DNA of 63,521 bases, counting the filler, from Hausera hauseri (lineage: Eukaryota): the NCBI GenBank assembly GCA_046269625.1. It is 11 parts of 11 records of this genome, joined end to end, with 100 filler letters (N's around TTAATTAATTAA, not from the genome) between each part and the next. Parts side by side here need not be neighbours in the genome. Positions count along the whole stretch, not along the records: positions 23,656 to 31,330 come from JBJURY010000903.1; positions 31,431 to 37,590 come from JBJURY010132428.1; 9 more parts are not named here. One strand, 5' to 3'. Within the stretch, counting starts at the first letter, position 1, and each line of letters begins with the position of its first letter. The notes under the pieces were generated by a model that was given only the letters and a program-made list of their open reading frames with translations, was not told the DNA's origin and searched no databases. Shown one piece after another: positions 25,090 to 37,549 of this stretch. Made by a program: the position numbers and the translations under genes.

Positions 25090-26209
25090 AAAAGATTCTA
25101 TTCCTCCCGACGTTGTAGAAGGTGGCGAATTACAAAATCCGACAAAATATCATATGAACTTAGCAGAAACAGAGATAATTACATTACCTTTAAATATTAC
25201 GTTCAGTATTACATTTCAAAATGATTTAACAAAATTGCATGAGCTGAAAACTGCTTATTTCCAACCGTACGTGTGGACAAGAGAATTCCTAGATTTAATG
25301 AATTACTATGAATACTGGAGACCGAAACATATGAAAGTAAAATTCATGAACGCACAACCGACGTATCAGACGAGAACAGTTGATTTCAAAGGTATTAATC
25401 CCGAGTGCTGATTACAATTCTTCATGGATTACAATAATATATTTTACAACTATGAATCAAGACCAAATACAGAAATTACTGGAAAAACTGAACTATTAGC
25501 TTTTTGGGATGAAGGATTATTGAAAAACGATGATTATCTACAAGGATGGACAACCAGTTTGACAAATATTACAACACCGGCAAAATGTGCAACAAAAACA
25601 TTAACAATATTAACAGATAACAGAGGCAATCCAGCGACATTACGTCATTATTATGAACACTTACCATTCCAAAGAAGTGTAACAGAAATAATAGCTAACG
25701 AACCAGAATTATTCACATATGAATACAAACTAACACATGATTATTGGAAACAAACACATTTGGGCACAGAATTATGGTATGCAATCAGATCAAAAAATGG
25801 AAAATTAGCCGATAATCAATTCGGAAGTATACGAGCACAAAAAAATCCATGGATTGCAGATAGATTCGATTATAGGTTAATAGTTAAACCAGATTGAAAT
25901 ATATTAGCAAATTGGTTCGATATAGAATCACAAGAAGCGATAATGAAACAATATTACGAAATGAGTTTAGACAAAAGTACATACAATACATGGAACGCAC
26001 ATTTCCACAAAGAACAAAGCATAGTTGGGCAAACTTTCGAATATTGGTGGAGAGATTGTGAATATGTATATGAAAGTAAACCAATGCCGGGTCTATACTT
26101 CAAAATAAGTCCATTAGCAGGCAGATAATAATTCATGTGCACAAACATGTCAAAAGAATGTATCAATAGAATACATTCGAATTCACACGTGACCAAGTAA
26201 AAGAAATGT
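25082..26209 (+). pseudogene. Parvovirus-like single jelly-roll major capsid protein (~375 aa)
   Basis: ORFs 25082, 25424 and 25943 share one frame, separated by single TGA codons. EFLDLMNYYEYWRPKHMKVKFMNAQP parallels parvoviral DWQ.L.N.Y..FRP....K.FN; PMPGLYFK...TCQ..VSIEY parallels PPPQI.IK...GQVSVEI. Confidence 0.7.
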
Positions 26210-26226
26210 GAAGATAAGCATTTATT

Positions 26227-27092
26227 ATGTCGGATCAAAATATAAAATTACTTCTTAAACGAAAATTTTATAAACGACTAGTGATTGTGTGCCAAACATT
26301 TACAAAATTAGCAAAATTCAATACAAATGGAACAGAAACAGATTTAAAAGATTGCTGGAATAACAAAATTTTCAACAACCAATTCAGTTATTACAATGTA
26401 TAAATAGGTATGTTTCATTATTTTATTTCATTTTTTAATGAATTACAAAAAGTTCGAGGTCGAAGCTATCAAAAATGTACATATCCTTATCTTCAATCTG
26501 TTTATTATATACCTGATGATTGGCCAGATGATATGTTACATAATCGCACCAGTCTTCCAAAACTTATCAATGCAATTATTAACGGCCACGGCAGTAAAGT
26601 TAATACAATCCAGCTACTTGGTCAGAGAAATTGCGGAAAATCGTTCCTCATCAATTTATTAACAGCCAATAAAAATATGCGAGCAGTACACGTCATGTTC
26701 AGCAGAAGTAATTTTTGGTGTCAAGATTTAATTGGTAAAGATATTTATGTGGGCGAAGAAATTGTTTTAGATCAATTCAATGCACAGTACTTCCTCATGT
26801 TAATGCAAGGCAGTCAATTAACACGTGCAGAAAATAAATTCCAACACAGTTCCAAATTACCGATGAAACCGATAATAATTGCGAGTAGAGTGTTCGTTCC
26901 GCCATGTTAGTTCGTTATACGATGCGTTCAACGTATGCCGATTATTTATTTACGTGCACACCAATAAAATTCAGCATACCAATTAACTATGACGATTTAG
27001 ACGTTGTGCGAATATTACAACATGTGATTAAATATTATTCAGGATGTAAATGTATGCAACGTCGGGGTTTTTTAAAATTTCAATCACCTTAA
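26227..27092 (+). pseudogene. NS1-type superfamily 3 helicase lacking an N-terminal HUH endonuclease
   Basis: ATG at 26227 is in frame with ORF 26410 (one TAA at 26401). Walker A GQRNCGKS, Walker B IYVGEE, B' LMQG...ENKF, motif C PIIIAS. Frameshift near 26905. Confidence 0.85.
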
Positions 27093-27228
27093 CACGAATT
27101 CGCCTGCTGTGGCAGGGTATTTCCGTCATGGAGGGTCGGAAACGGCTGAAAGGGGGTCGAAAAATGGTTAATGGGGGTTAAAAATGAAAAAGCGGGGCAA
27201 AAATATTTTTTCAAACAAAGTCAATAAC

Positions 27229-27410
27229 ACCACGCCACCCACGCATTTCACGCCTACGCCACCCACGCGTATCACATCCACGCACTTCACGCCTACACCA
27301 CTCACGCATTTCACACCCACGCATATCACAACCACGTATTTCACGCCTACGCCACCCACGCATTTCACGCCCACCCCATCTACGCATTTATCGCCCACGC
27401 CACCCACGCA
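27229..27410. repeat. Degenerate tandem array, 24-bp unit ACGCCACCCACGCATTTCACGCCT with interspersed shorter units
   Basis: About 7-8 imperfect CACGC-rich units directly downstream of the helicase gene. Confidence 0.85.
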
Positions 27411-27578
27411 AAAAACCTACCCTCTACATTTATGTCGGCTTGGGACGACCAAAAGCTGCATTATAGGCTTTTTCCCTAAGACAAGACAAATTTATTTAAC
27501 GACAACAATTACAAAATATAAGAAAAGAATCCTCGATTCTCGGAATCTGGCAAAGAATCCCGATATTCAAGAATTTGC

Positions 27579-28170
27579 TTAGAACGAGCGAAACACATGT
27601 TCGGGAGTATTCAGCCAGAATCTCTTCTGAACGAGCTGGAGAAGTAAAACTTTTGGTTCCATTTCCTCCTCGTATTGTCGAGAAGACGCGAGATTCCTTT
27701 CGAATAACTTGAGAGATTCCCGCAAGCTTAGCAAAATCCAGGGTGGCCGAATTCCTGGATTTGCTTCGAGTAGTTCGATTTCGTGCCGCATATTCTCGAT
27801 CTCAAATCTCAGTTTTGCCAATTCTCCACGATATCGAGACAAATCTCTTCCAAAGTTTTTTGTTCTTCCTTGTGATATGTTATCGTTAAACAGAGGATAA
27901 CTTTCACCGACGCAATGACATAGGACATTGCCTGCCGTAAGTATACGAGAAATAGTAGAGAAATGATAATTATTGACCATACCGATAAAATATGCCACTT
28001 GGGAATGTCATCCGGATTCAAGGCTGTTCGTAGTAGCGACCCGCCCCGCAAATATGTGATGCAACTGGTTCATACTCAGGCATGACGCCAACGTGAATCT
28101 CTGTGAATGTCTGTGAATTTCCATAGGGCTCAATTTTCGGTCCAAATACAAAATCCTCATAAGGAATGTA
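27579..28170 (-). pseudogene. Unknown multicopy gene (EPVASHI.G.GRY.EQP / ESYPLF.DNI family) with C-terminal coiled coil
   Basis: Homologous to 55975-56290(+) with synonymous third-position differences; AATAAA downstream on the minus strand (27491-27496). 5' boundary approximate. Confidence 0.55.
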
Positions 28171-28409
28171 AAGATAATCAGTACATAAGATTAAAATAAC
28201 AATATTTATGGATACAAATACTATACGGCTAAATAGTTATACTGTCGATGAAGAATATATACAGGGGCAATAACATTAATACTCAATAGAATGTTTTTAA
28301 ATGTTTGGATAACAATTTCACGACGCATAGTGGTTAAAATGCGTTTGCGTTTAAATGGGCTAATTATTGGATCATATCATAATGTCATTAATTGACAGCT
28401 GAGAGTTTC

Positions 28410-29095
28410 TGTCGTTCCTAGATGGAGAAGTATTTCCATTGTTAGGGGAAACCATAGTTTTTCGAATTTCCATCTGATGATCGTGGATTTGTCCTTATTG
28501 TGTCATGGTTTTAGTGATGTGGCTCGATTTCGATCCCATTGCGGATATGGATCGGGGTTTCTGCCATATCTACCAAATTCGCATCTAGGTGAAACATAGT
28601 CGCATCCTCGTCCAGTCTCCTGGTATTGAATCATTATAACTATTTCAGCAGTCGTCCTTTTGGTTATACCAATCTCGACTATCGCTTCTACTGTTATCTC
28701 TTTATCTACTGTCACTTCTATAGCTGCTAAATATTTCACGACTAATATTTTGTATATTGCTAGTATAAGGATTTCCTGTCGATAATAGATGTATCTTGTT
28801 TGACCATCATTTCATCTATTATAATATTAGTTGGATTGACTTTATTGTCAAAACGATTTCTTTCAATTTGGTTCCAGTCATTATTATATGGTTTCCAACG
28901 ACGAAATCTGTTTCGATTATCATTTCTATTTTTTGAAGGATCTCGTGGCCTGTCATATTGCGAGTCATTTAGTTGTCTGTTGTCATAGTATTTTCTCAAA
29001 TCCTTGGCAAGAATTCCTTTGATAATTTCGATAATTTCGAGGTGGCTACTATTTCGTTCGGGTTGGCTGCTGTTTTGATGTCTGAGAATTGAACT
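28410..29095 (-). pseudogene. Probable LTR-retrotransposon gag C-terminal remnant (Arg/Asp/Asn-rich, eroded zinc knuckle)
   Basis: Low-complexity R/D/N/Y-rich frames and an RLCF..CEFGRYGRNP-like remnant; heavily disrupted. Confidence 0.35.
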
Positions 29096-29156
29096 TGTGG
29101 TGCCCACAGCGGCCGGCGCCCTTTGGCCCATTCGGTCAGGCACGGCCGGGCGTCCC
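29096..29156 (+). repeat. 5' fragment of the LTR family seen at 5091
   Basis: TGTGGTGCCCACAGCGGCCGGCGCCCTTTGGCCCATTCGG vs TGTGGTGCCCATAGCGGCCGGTGCCCTCTGGCCCATTTGG at 5091. Confidence 0.85.
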
Positions 29157-29981
29157 CGCTTTAAGAATCCAGTGGTTTCATCATTAGAAAAAGACGACCA
29201 TAATCAAAAATAATCCAGAATTTTATTCAGAAAGTAATAACAGTGAGACACCTGGTAATCTTGAACAAACGTCTGATAGTTGCAATATGATCGATGAAAA
29301 TATTGAGTTATCATACACAAAATCAGTGAACGTAACATTGAATAATTATTTGACCATCACTGAAAATATCGATGCAAATAAAGAATGCTCAGAAGTTAAT
29401 GATACAGAAAATGAAAATACAGTGGAATTGTCCACACCACCAGAGTCTTTGAAAATGAATAATGTAACCAACTGCTGCTTTTTAAACTAGTAGTCTCACC
29501 TGAAACAACATGTCTTCAGACATAAATAAGGAAATTGCTTCATTATTAAGGACCATCAAATGCTACTATTGATATCAAGTCAAACGGCAAATTCCTTACG
29601 TTAAATGCATCACGGAAATGAAGTTAATAATCAAACAACAGGTTCCGCCATACTATCGCAGCCTTTTTACGTAAGTTCTTAAACTGTGTCCACTGAAACC
29701 TGCGAAAGTGTACCCTTTAAACGTGAACGATAGTTTACCAAAGAAGTTTGGATTACAAGATTATCGATTTTGCAACATTTCGAAAATGGCAGAAACCCTC
29801 GTAGACTTCTGCAATAAAATCAAAGTGGCTGATAATTCAAATCCCTTTAAGATATTTGAAACGAATGGGAAAAGTTAACAAACATGATTTCGGGCTACAA
29901 ACTTGCCTTAATGTGAAGGAAATCTATGCGGAAAATCCTTGGAAATTAAGAATCAGTAAAATGATCGAAAAATGAAAATTA

Positions 29982-31330
29982 TTGGCAAAGAAAATTCCAC
30001 ATGTTGTAAAATTTGTCAAATCTGAAACTGTATTGGTTTGTTTGGAACTGTACACATTTAGTGGCAATACGAAGGAATGCATATTTTTGAACCATAATAT
30101 GCCAAATGTAGTGAGCACTGAACTAATCAACTTAGCACAGAAAAAGAACATAATGTCATCTATGTCTGATAATAAAGATATTTTGTTAATGAAACCAGTA
30201 ATAAACGAGGGTGGTGACAAAACCTATTTATTAATTCAAAGAAATGACGTGAAAGATTTTTTTGAAAAGGATCGGAACGTAGAAATCAGTAGTAAGTACC
30301 AATTATCGATCAAACACGTTTATGACTATCTGACCATTGGCGAAATCAGAAATTCGCCATTCTTTTCGTCAAACGACATTAATATTCATAGTAAATTATT
30401 TTGGGTTACTCCTGAAGAACAAATTGAATTAACGATATGCACAAAAGAAAGTCTTGAAATATGTGTATACAACCTTGATATTCTCGAAAAAGGAGTTGAT
30501 CGAACGAGTGTTATTGAATATGATTACAACAATTTCGTATCCAGATTATCCACCGATTTATTACTATACATGACACAAACAACGATTGATGACATGCAGG
30601 AATATCAAAATACTGTGTTCCCCCGAACGTATAGTGAATTGCTAGACGATAGAAATTTGGATACTTGTTCAACTTGTAGATCGATTTCTGTTTCATTTAA
30701 ACCGGACAATATTGATTTACGGAATCTTGTATCTGCACAGTGTAAATTCGTACGGCTAACTGATTCGAATGTTACACTTACAGGAACCAAAATGACGATA
30801 CAAATTAAACAACCAAGACTTGAATTGTGCTCATCAATTCGTACAGATAGTATGATCAGTTTAAATTTATCTATCGCTCCTACCAAAAAGGAACTTATTT
30901 ATGAAATTTGTAATCGTGTGGTCCAACCACCAACATGTTCGAATGAGATAATGTGTAAAGATATTGAGTATACCCTTGACATTGATATAAATAGAAATGA
31001 CGAAAGGGAGGTTTTAAACTTTTTTAACTTTCCAATCGAATATGGCATTACTGATAAATTGGAATTTTTTGTTTCGAATGAAAAATCTTTTGCTGATTGT
31101 GTAATGATACGGGACAAAATAAAATCTGTTTCCAAAAACCAAGGTTTAATTATTTTTCATAAAGTGAAGAAAGACACACTTATATATCGATACTTTGCTG
31201 AAGAACGACTTCATCGAAATGTTGTAAAGAATACGAACCGTCAAGTTATACTGTCAACAGCATCGGAAAATTCGTTGAGTTCAATTAATCAGCTTTCTGA
31301 CATGATGACATTGATGCACTCCAATTTTCG
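29982..31330 (+). CDS. Long open reading frame (~450 aa) of unknown function, runs off the contig
   Basis: A ~1.35-kb stop-free frame in very AT-rich DNA is unlikely by chance; no family recognised; upstream 29160-29980 looks like eroded coding sequence. Confidence 0.55.
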
Positions 31331-33353
31331 NNNNNNNNNNNNNNNNNNNNNNNNNNNNNNNNNNNNNNNNNNNNTTAATTAATTAANNNNNNNNNNNNNN
31401 NNNNNNNNNNNNNNNNNNNNNNNNNNNNNNAAACAGTCCATGGCTTGGCTGACCCACTTAAACCACGTGTTTCAGGTTTCATGGCTTTGTTACTGACAAG
31501 TACTTTCTCGCCATTCCCTCCCTCTCCCCCCTTCTGCTATTCACGCTGTCAGCTTTCATTCACGAACTGCATACACCACGCACACCTACGATAACAACAC
31601 ACGATAACAAGACGAAATTACAAAACACTTCCCAAACGCCTAAATAAAATAAACAAGTCAATCAATTTATTGGTGCTAAAAGTGTATTTCCATTCAGATT
31701 GTTAACAAAACAAATGAGGGAAATACAGACAAGCCCAAAGATAATAAACGGTTGCTTATGTAAACAATCAGCGGGGAGTTTCGCTGACCTCAATTAACCC
31801 CGTGGCGGGAGAATGACATCAATGTTGACGTAAGCGTGATTTATGTGCCCGCTGCTGTTGTTTTAGTGTCATGTTATCGAGTTTCGGGTCACGCCTCCAC
31901 GTTCAGTCGGTGTTAATGAATTGGTGAGCTCGGCAGACACTTTGAAGGACCCTTGCGTCCTGTAGAGTTCGCGTAAGGACATGTGTGATACATCATTGGA
32001 TTCATGGTTTCACGGGCTTTTTAATGGTACCGTATTTAAGGCTGAAAGAAATTTGTGAAGATTTTTGTCAAAGTGGCTACTAGTACCTGACTGTACTTAC
32101 TTTTTTTACTTTTTACTTCTTGTAGTGTTCAGAAGTCAGGCTTATACCGCTTATGTAGCGAGTTTGGTAAAGAGCGACCCCGCCCGCTTTTCCTGCCGCG
32201 TTTTTCGTATCCTGGCCGACCAACTTCCGATCGGCAATTTCCGTGCGGTAAAACGGGTGCGCGATCATTTTTACGATTTCGGCACTATAAAAAGGGATTA
32301 CACACGTGTTTGGCTGTCAGAAAGATTAACTTTTGACTCCAGATCACATTGATGTATGCCTTTCCTAGTATTGAAGAAGCCATCTACAGTTACTTTATTG
32401 TTAAAAGGTGGGTATTTTTCCAGTAGTAATATCTTTCTTCTCAGTCTACTTATAATGGAAAGACTTGAAATTTTAGTTCTTAGATTTATTGTTACACTTA
32501 GTTTATAAATTTCAAAGCTAGTCATTACGTATATCTCATGTTATTGCTGTTTGAAATGACTAGTATTTTAGTGCCAAGCTCCTCCGCCATTTTGTTTTTT
32601 TTACTTACTTTGTATAGTGGAAAAGAGACACGTTTTTCCATACTTATTATTATTTTCTTATAATCCACATGGCTAATATGTATTCAAATTCATGATCTTA
32701 AACCATTTCTACACTCTGTGTAGAAATGTTAGAGCTGTTAACTGTGTATAATGCCTGTTATTGCTAAGTGAAATGCATACCTATTCATCATTTTTACTTT
32801 CAGACCGCCATTTTTTTTTTCATAATTCCAAGTAACCAACTTTAAATAGGAACTGTACACATTACTTCTCCTTCTCCATTATATGTTTATAGAATTTAAT
32901 TTTAATGAATGTAAATTCAGATGAATTTCTTATTGTTTTTCACATTTGTTTTATACATGTAGTGAAGTTGAAGTTTAAGTTTAGTTACTCTACTACTGGC
33001 TGCCACTGCCGGCTGGTGAGCTCACCTCACTCTCAGAAATTTCCAAAAATACATTGTCATTACTATTAAAGTATAATTTTTTTAAATATATTGATGACTT
33101 AGTGAAATTTATATTATGATAATTGATTACTGTAGTCTTATATAATTGAAAGCATCTTCTGTTAGTCTTACTTACATAAATATAAATCTGTAGTATAATA
33201 AATAAATTTTTTTTAAAGTCACATCAAACACAGGCATCTGTTTGTCTGTATTTGAAAAGAAAAACTTTGACTATTTAGATGCTATGCTTTGTAATAAAGT
33301 ATTAAAACTTATATGTATTATTATATTTGCAGAGAATCTGACTGTTACTCATT

Positions 33354-36300
33354 ATGGCCAGCAAGAAGACCGTTGCTGATTTGCAGGCTCATTTATCTTC
33401 CTTTCGTCCAGAGTACCCCCTGAAGAAAGGCTATATTGCCCAGCTTTTATGTGAAGGCAACGACAGACATGAAGTATTTAAACAAGTTAAAGCTGTCGTG
33501 GAATGTGTAGAAAAGGATAAGTGTATCAATGAGCACAGGTTACAGCTGTCCATCAATGGTATTCAAGCTGCTCTAAGGAAGAAAAAACGTAGTTTGGCTC
33601 TTGAGTGGCCAAAGCTTGTGCAATGGTGTTGTGAAATAGTTAAAGTGCATTTCCAAATGTTTAATGGTTCTATTCCTCCACAGCCACCAAAAGCTTTGGT
33701 ATCAACAGAATTACCTGGGTCTTCAGTACCTGGAAGTACACAGGTGACCAGTAGAAAGACTGTTGCTGATTTGGAAGCTCATTTAAATTCTTTTCAGCCA
33801 GAATTTCCCCTGAAAAAAGGTTATATTGCCAAGCTACTTCAAGGCAACAGCAGAAATGAGGTGTTTACACAAGCAACATTTATTGTGAAGGCTGCTGAAA
33901 AGGATAGGTGTATTAATGAACCAGCTTTTCGTGTGTCTATCGATCGTTTTAAACATGCACTGAAGCAGAAGAAATATAACTTGACTTCTGAGTGGCCAAC
34001 ACTTGTAAAAATGTTTCTTGAGACATATAAGGTGCCTTTCAAATCATTTAATCATCCTCTTCCTCCACAGCCAGCACAAGCGTCCACGTCAACAGACATA
34101 CCCTGTACTTTATCATCTATTAACCCCCCATCTCCTAAGAAACTCAAACATGACTGTGAAAGTTGTTTAGCAAAACTGCGCACACTGGGGAACCTGACAA
34201 ATACTATTGGCAGTTTGCGCAAAGAGTTAAAGGAATGGAAGAGACGTTGCAAGGAGGCACTTTCAAATGCTTCATGTAAGCGTGACAAACAGACAATTCA
34301 AAGGAAGACTGAGAGTGTGAATAATTGGAAAACAAAGTACTTTAATACTAAAGTAAATAGCAGCCATATATTAATGTTGAAGAGCTCTGTGGAAGCCTTG
34401 AAACAGGTAATCAAGACTCAGAAGGAAGAGATACAGGAAAACGTGGACTATATTCATAGCCTGCAAAAGGATCTTAGGAAGTCTACAGAGGAAAATGAGA
34501 AACTGAAAAAGAATCATCAAAATTTAAAACACAAAAAGAGCCAGGAAGTTAAGGAAACAAAGAAACAGCACCAGAAAGAGATAGCAGCTGTGAGGAAAGA
34601 GGAACGTATGGAAATCAATTATTGGCAAAACGAAGCAGAAATACTGCAAGAGAAGATTGATGACAGCCATACAGACATCCTGGAGCTAAAGAAAGATAAG
34701 AAGACATATGGGAATGACATTAGAAAGTGCTTGTACATGTGTCTTACCAATCAGGTAAGTGTAGGTAAGTCATGTGCCGTGATTGAAAATGTTGGTAAGT
34801 ATTTGTTGAAGAAGGAAATGTCCAAGACGCCATGTCCATCTACTGTTTCTAGCATGGCGTTTGAGTTAGGTGTTCTGGCCAGCATCAAGGTAGGTTATAT
34901 ATTGCACAATGTAGATGAGGTTGCAACTTTACAATGGGATGCCACAACTCTCAAGGGCTCCCATGTTAATGAGGTTCATGTAGAGACACAGTCTCATAAA
35001 CTAACACTAAATATTTCTGTACTTCCAGGGGGAACTGCAAATGATTATGTCCAGCAGATAAATACAGCTCTTCTTGATGTCGTCCGGAATTATTGTGATG
35101 CCTTTCACCAAGATAAAGAAGAGGTCAGAGCCATCATCTTGAATAAAATCAAGAGTTGCCTCACTGACCGAGCAAGGGCCAATCACTGTGTTGCTGTGCG
35201 ACTTCAGGAGGAGTATGATATCCATCTCTGGGAATTATACTGTCATGTGCATCCTTTGGATGGCCTGGCTCGTGGTGCGAGGGCTGTTCTGAAGAGGCTG
35301 GATGACCTGTGGAAACTTGACGAAGAAGTACCGGTACCTTCCAAAAATGAATGTGTTCTGGCGGATCTGCTTTACGGCATTTCTAAACTGAGGTACATCA
35401 TCATACAGTTATAGCAGTTTATTTTTTGTTAACTCTAGGAAATGAAGAGTGAATTGTTATACATTTTGTGTGCTGTGTGCAGAATTCCAGACATAGAGAG
35501 GTATCATGATTTAATGTACATACACACATGCAACTTGTTAGATATTGGTGTGACAATCAGTGAATACAGAATGTTAATACGTGTTACAGACAAGAATGAT
35601 ACATACTTACCACAGATTCCAGTGACACAGAGTTAACACATTTTCTAACTTGTTGGTAATCCATTGTCTGAATCACGGTAAAATGTGACACATTTTTTTT
35701 TTTCAGTTAACACAATGAAAATTTATGACTAATTACAGGTACAAGCAGACGGGAGACCCAGCTGGATTCAGGATGTTCTTACAGCAGAAAGGACTGAGAC
35801 CAAGGCTGATTGTCAGATACGTTGGAAACAGGATGCACGTTTTCTTTCATTTGGCAGCAACAATATTTGTACACAGGAAGGACCTTCTGGAGTACTTAAC
35901 AATTTCTGGTCGGACCAACCTTAAGAAGCTGCTAGAGAACAAGCGTGTACAGGCCCAACTACAAGCTGTAGGACTGTTTTCAAAGTTGCTGACGGGGCCT
36001 TGGATGGAAGTTTTTTATGGAAATGCTGATAAAAAATCACATCTGCAAGTGGTGAGTAGCATCTTACACTTGACATTTACTTCATTTATGTCGTATTCAC
36101 TTTCACTAGTTTATAAAAGATAAATGGAGCTAAATATAGATATAAAATTGACTTGTATTTCATTTGAAAACATCCATTTATGTCTCATACCTTTCTCGTA
36201 CAGATCGCAGAGAAATCCTTTGAAACTATACTAGCAAATCTACGGAAAGCAGAGGAAGCACCAGAGACGATGTTATCATGCCCAAATAACTTCTTTGGTA

Positions 36301-37549
36301 AAGGTCTGGTATCGTGTGAGTATGTCAGTAATTTAAGAATTTCTGTTTCATGCATAGATAGTTTTAAGGCAACAGTTACAGATATAGCAAGAGAATTTAT
36401 TGCAACACTTGATAGACAGCTGAAACCATACCTGCAAGAGGGGGAGTTGTCAAATCCATCTGAACAGATGTTGACAGAAACTGCCTCCGCGCCCATGAAT
36501 AACATGCAGGCAGAAAGGACTTTAGGCATGGTGGATGCTCTTTGGCGCAGAGCTCCTAATGCTAGATGTGGCTTCATCGACGGAAAAATTCGAGGGAACC
36601 AAAACAAAGTACTGGAATGGTTGGAACAGTTTTCAGATGCTCAACAAGAAGCTCTCATTGAATTTGCAGTGAAACGTGGAGCAGAAACACAGAAGAGAAA
36701 TGCTGAAAGGATGAAGGCAACAGAAAGAGAAATCAGCAGAAGGCAGAAGGATCGTGCGCAGAAATTTGACACAGCCAGAAGAAAGGAACTGGAAAAAAAA
36801 ATAAGTCATGCTTTGTCACAGCAGCGGCCAGCAGAGGAACTTGCATTACTTCCAGAGTATGGTAATTTGGAAGAGGACAGCATGCATCTTTTAGAAAAAA
36901 TCATTGAGGACCCAACATTGTTGATAGGATGTACATTCCAGCACATCTGGTATAAGAACGGGACGGATATTAGCTACACGGAGAAGATCACTGGTGTGAA
37001 ACAAAGAAAGGGAATGTCAGGAAATGGTATTGCAGGGAAAAGTTTTTGCCTGACAAGTTGGCTGCCAGATGATCCCGACTCAGACACCGACTTCTCAATG
37101 ACTGTAGTGCAATTTATAGTTGATTTGCTTCTTGGAGATTTGAAGGTAAGATATGTTACATCACTGCATTAGTTTTAAATTAGCTGCATAAGGATTATTG
37201 TGCTCAGAGTTAGATTTAATAAGTTTTGCCATCAGTTTTAGTTTAATTTTGGATTGATAAAACTTGTCATGATTTATTTACATAACTTTTGCTGCATGAC
37301 TGTATTATCTTGGTGCCATTTTTCTAATAGCAACAGCATATATATATTTAAGAGTAGATCAGAGCACATGCAATCTGTCTGCTGTGCAGTGATGTTGATC
37401 TGCTTAAACTATTCAAGGCCCAGACTAATGACCTGTAAATATATGTGCATGTGTCTGTCATTTAGATGTGTATCTGTCTGTCATTTAGATGTGGATGTGT
37501 CAACAATTATTCAAATGTTTTTCAGCTGGTTTACACCGGTAAATATTAA
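33354..37549 (+). CDS. Intact spliced DDE transposase-like gene of the hAT/P/Mutator (CxxH) clade, ~1105 aa; join(33354..35392,35739..36051,36204..37145,37526..37549)
   Basis: GT-AG introns keep frame (branch-like CTAAT before 35739). Catalytic-like D in LQWDATT, D in LTDRA, C-x-x-H (YCHVH), RYVGNR, E in NNMQAERTLG. Last exon is less certain. Confidence 0.8.

Larger units (their letters stand above)
24546..27092 (+). mobile_element. Endogenous parvovirus/bidnavirus-like element: VP1u-like ORF - jelly-roll capsid - SF3 helicase
   Basis: Three contiguous same-strand intronless genes with parvoviral capsid and NS1-type helicase motifs; contains stops and frameshifts. Confidence 0.8.

Noticed and set aside
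25409-25897. In-frame TGA codons in the capsid gene suggesting stop-codon reassignment or readthrough
   Set aside because: The same element also has an in-frame TAA and frameshifts; ordinary pseudogene decay explains it.
11729-27092. Maverick module and parvo-like element as one physical locus
   Set aside because: They are on separate contigs; only a functional link can be hypothesised.
27168-27582. Thr/Pro-rich and Val/Gly-rich ORFs; possible CRISPR-like array
   Set aside because: The ORFs are by-products of the tandem repeat; there are no unique spacers or cas genes and the context is eukaryotic.
31794-32050. TTAA-CCCC (31794) and TTAA-GGCTG (32036) as candidate left ends of the intact transposase element
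   Set aside because: No matching right end lies within the contig, so neither can be verified.
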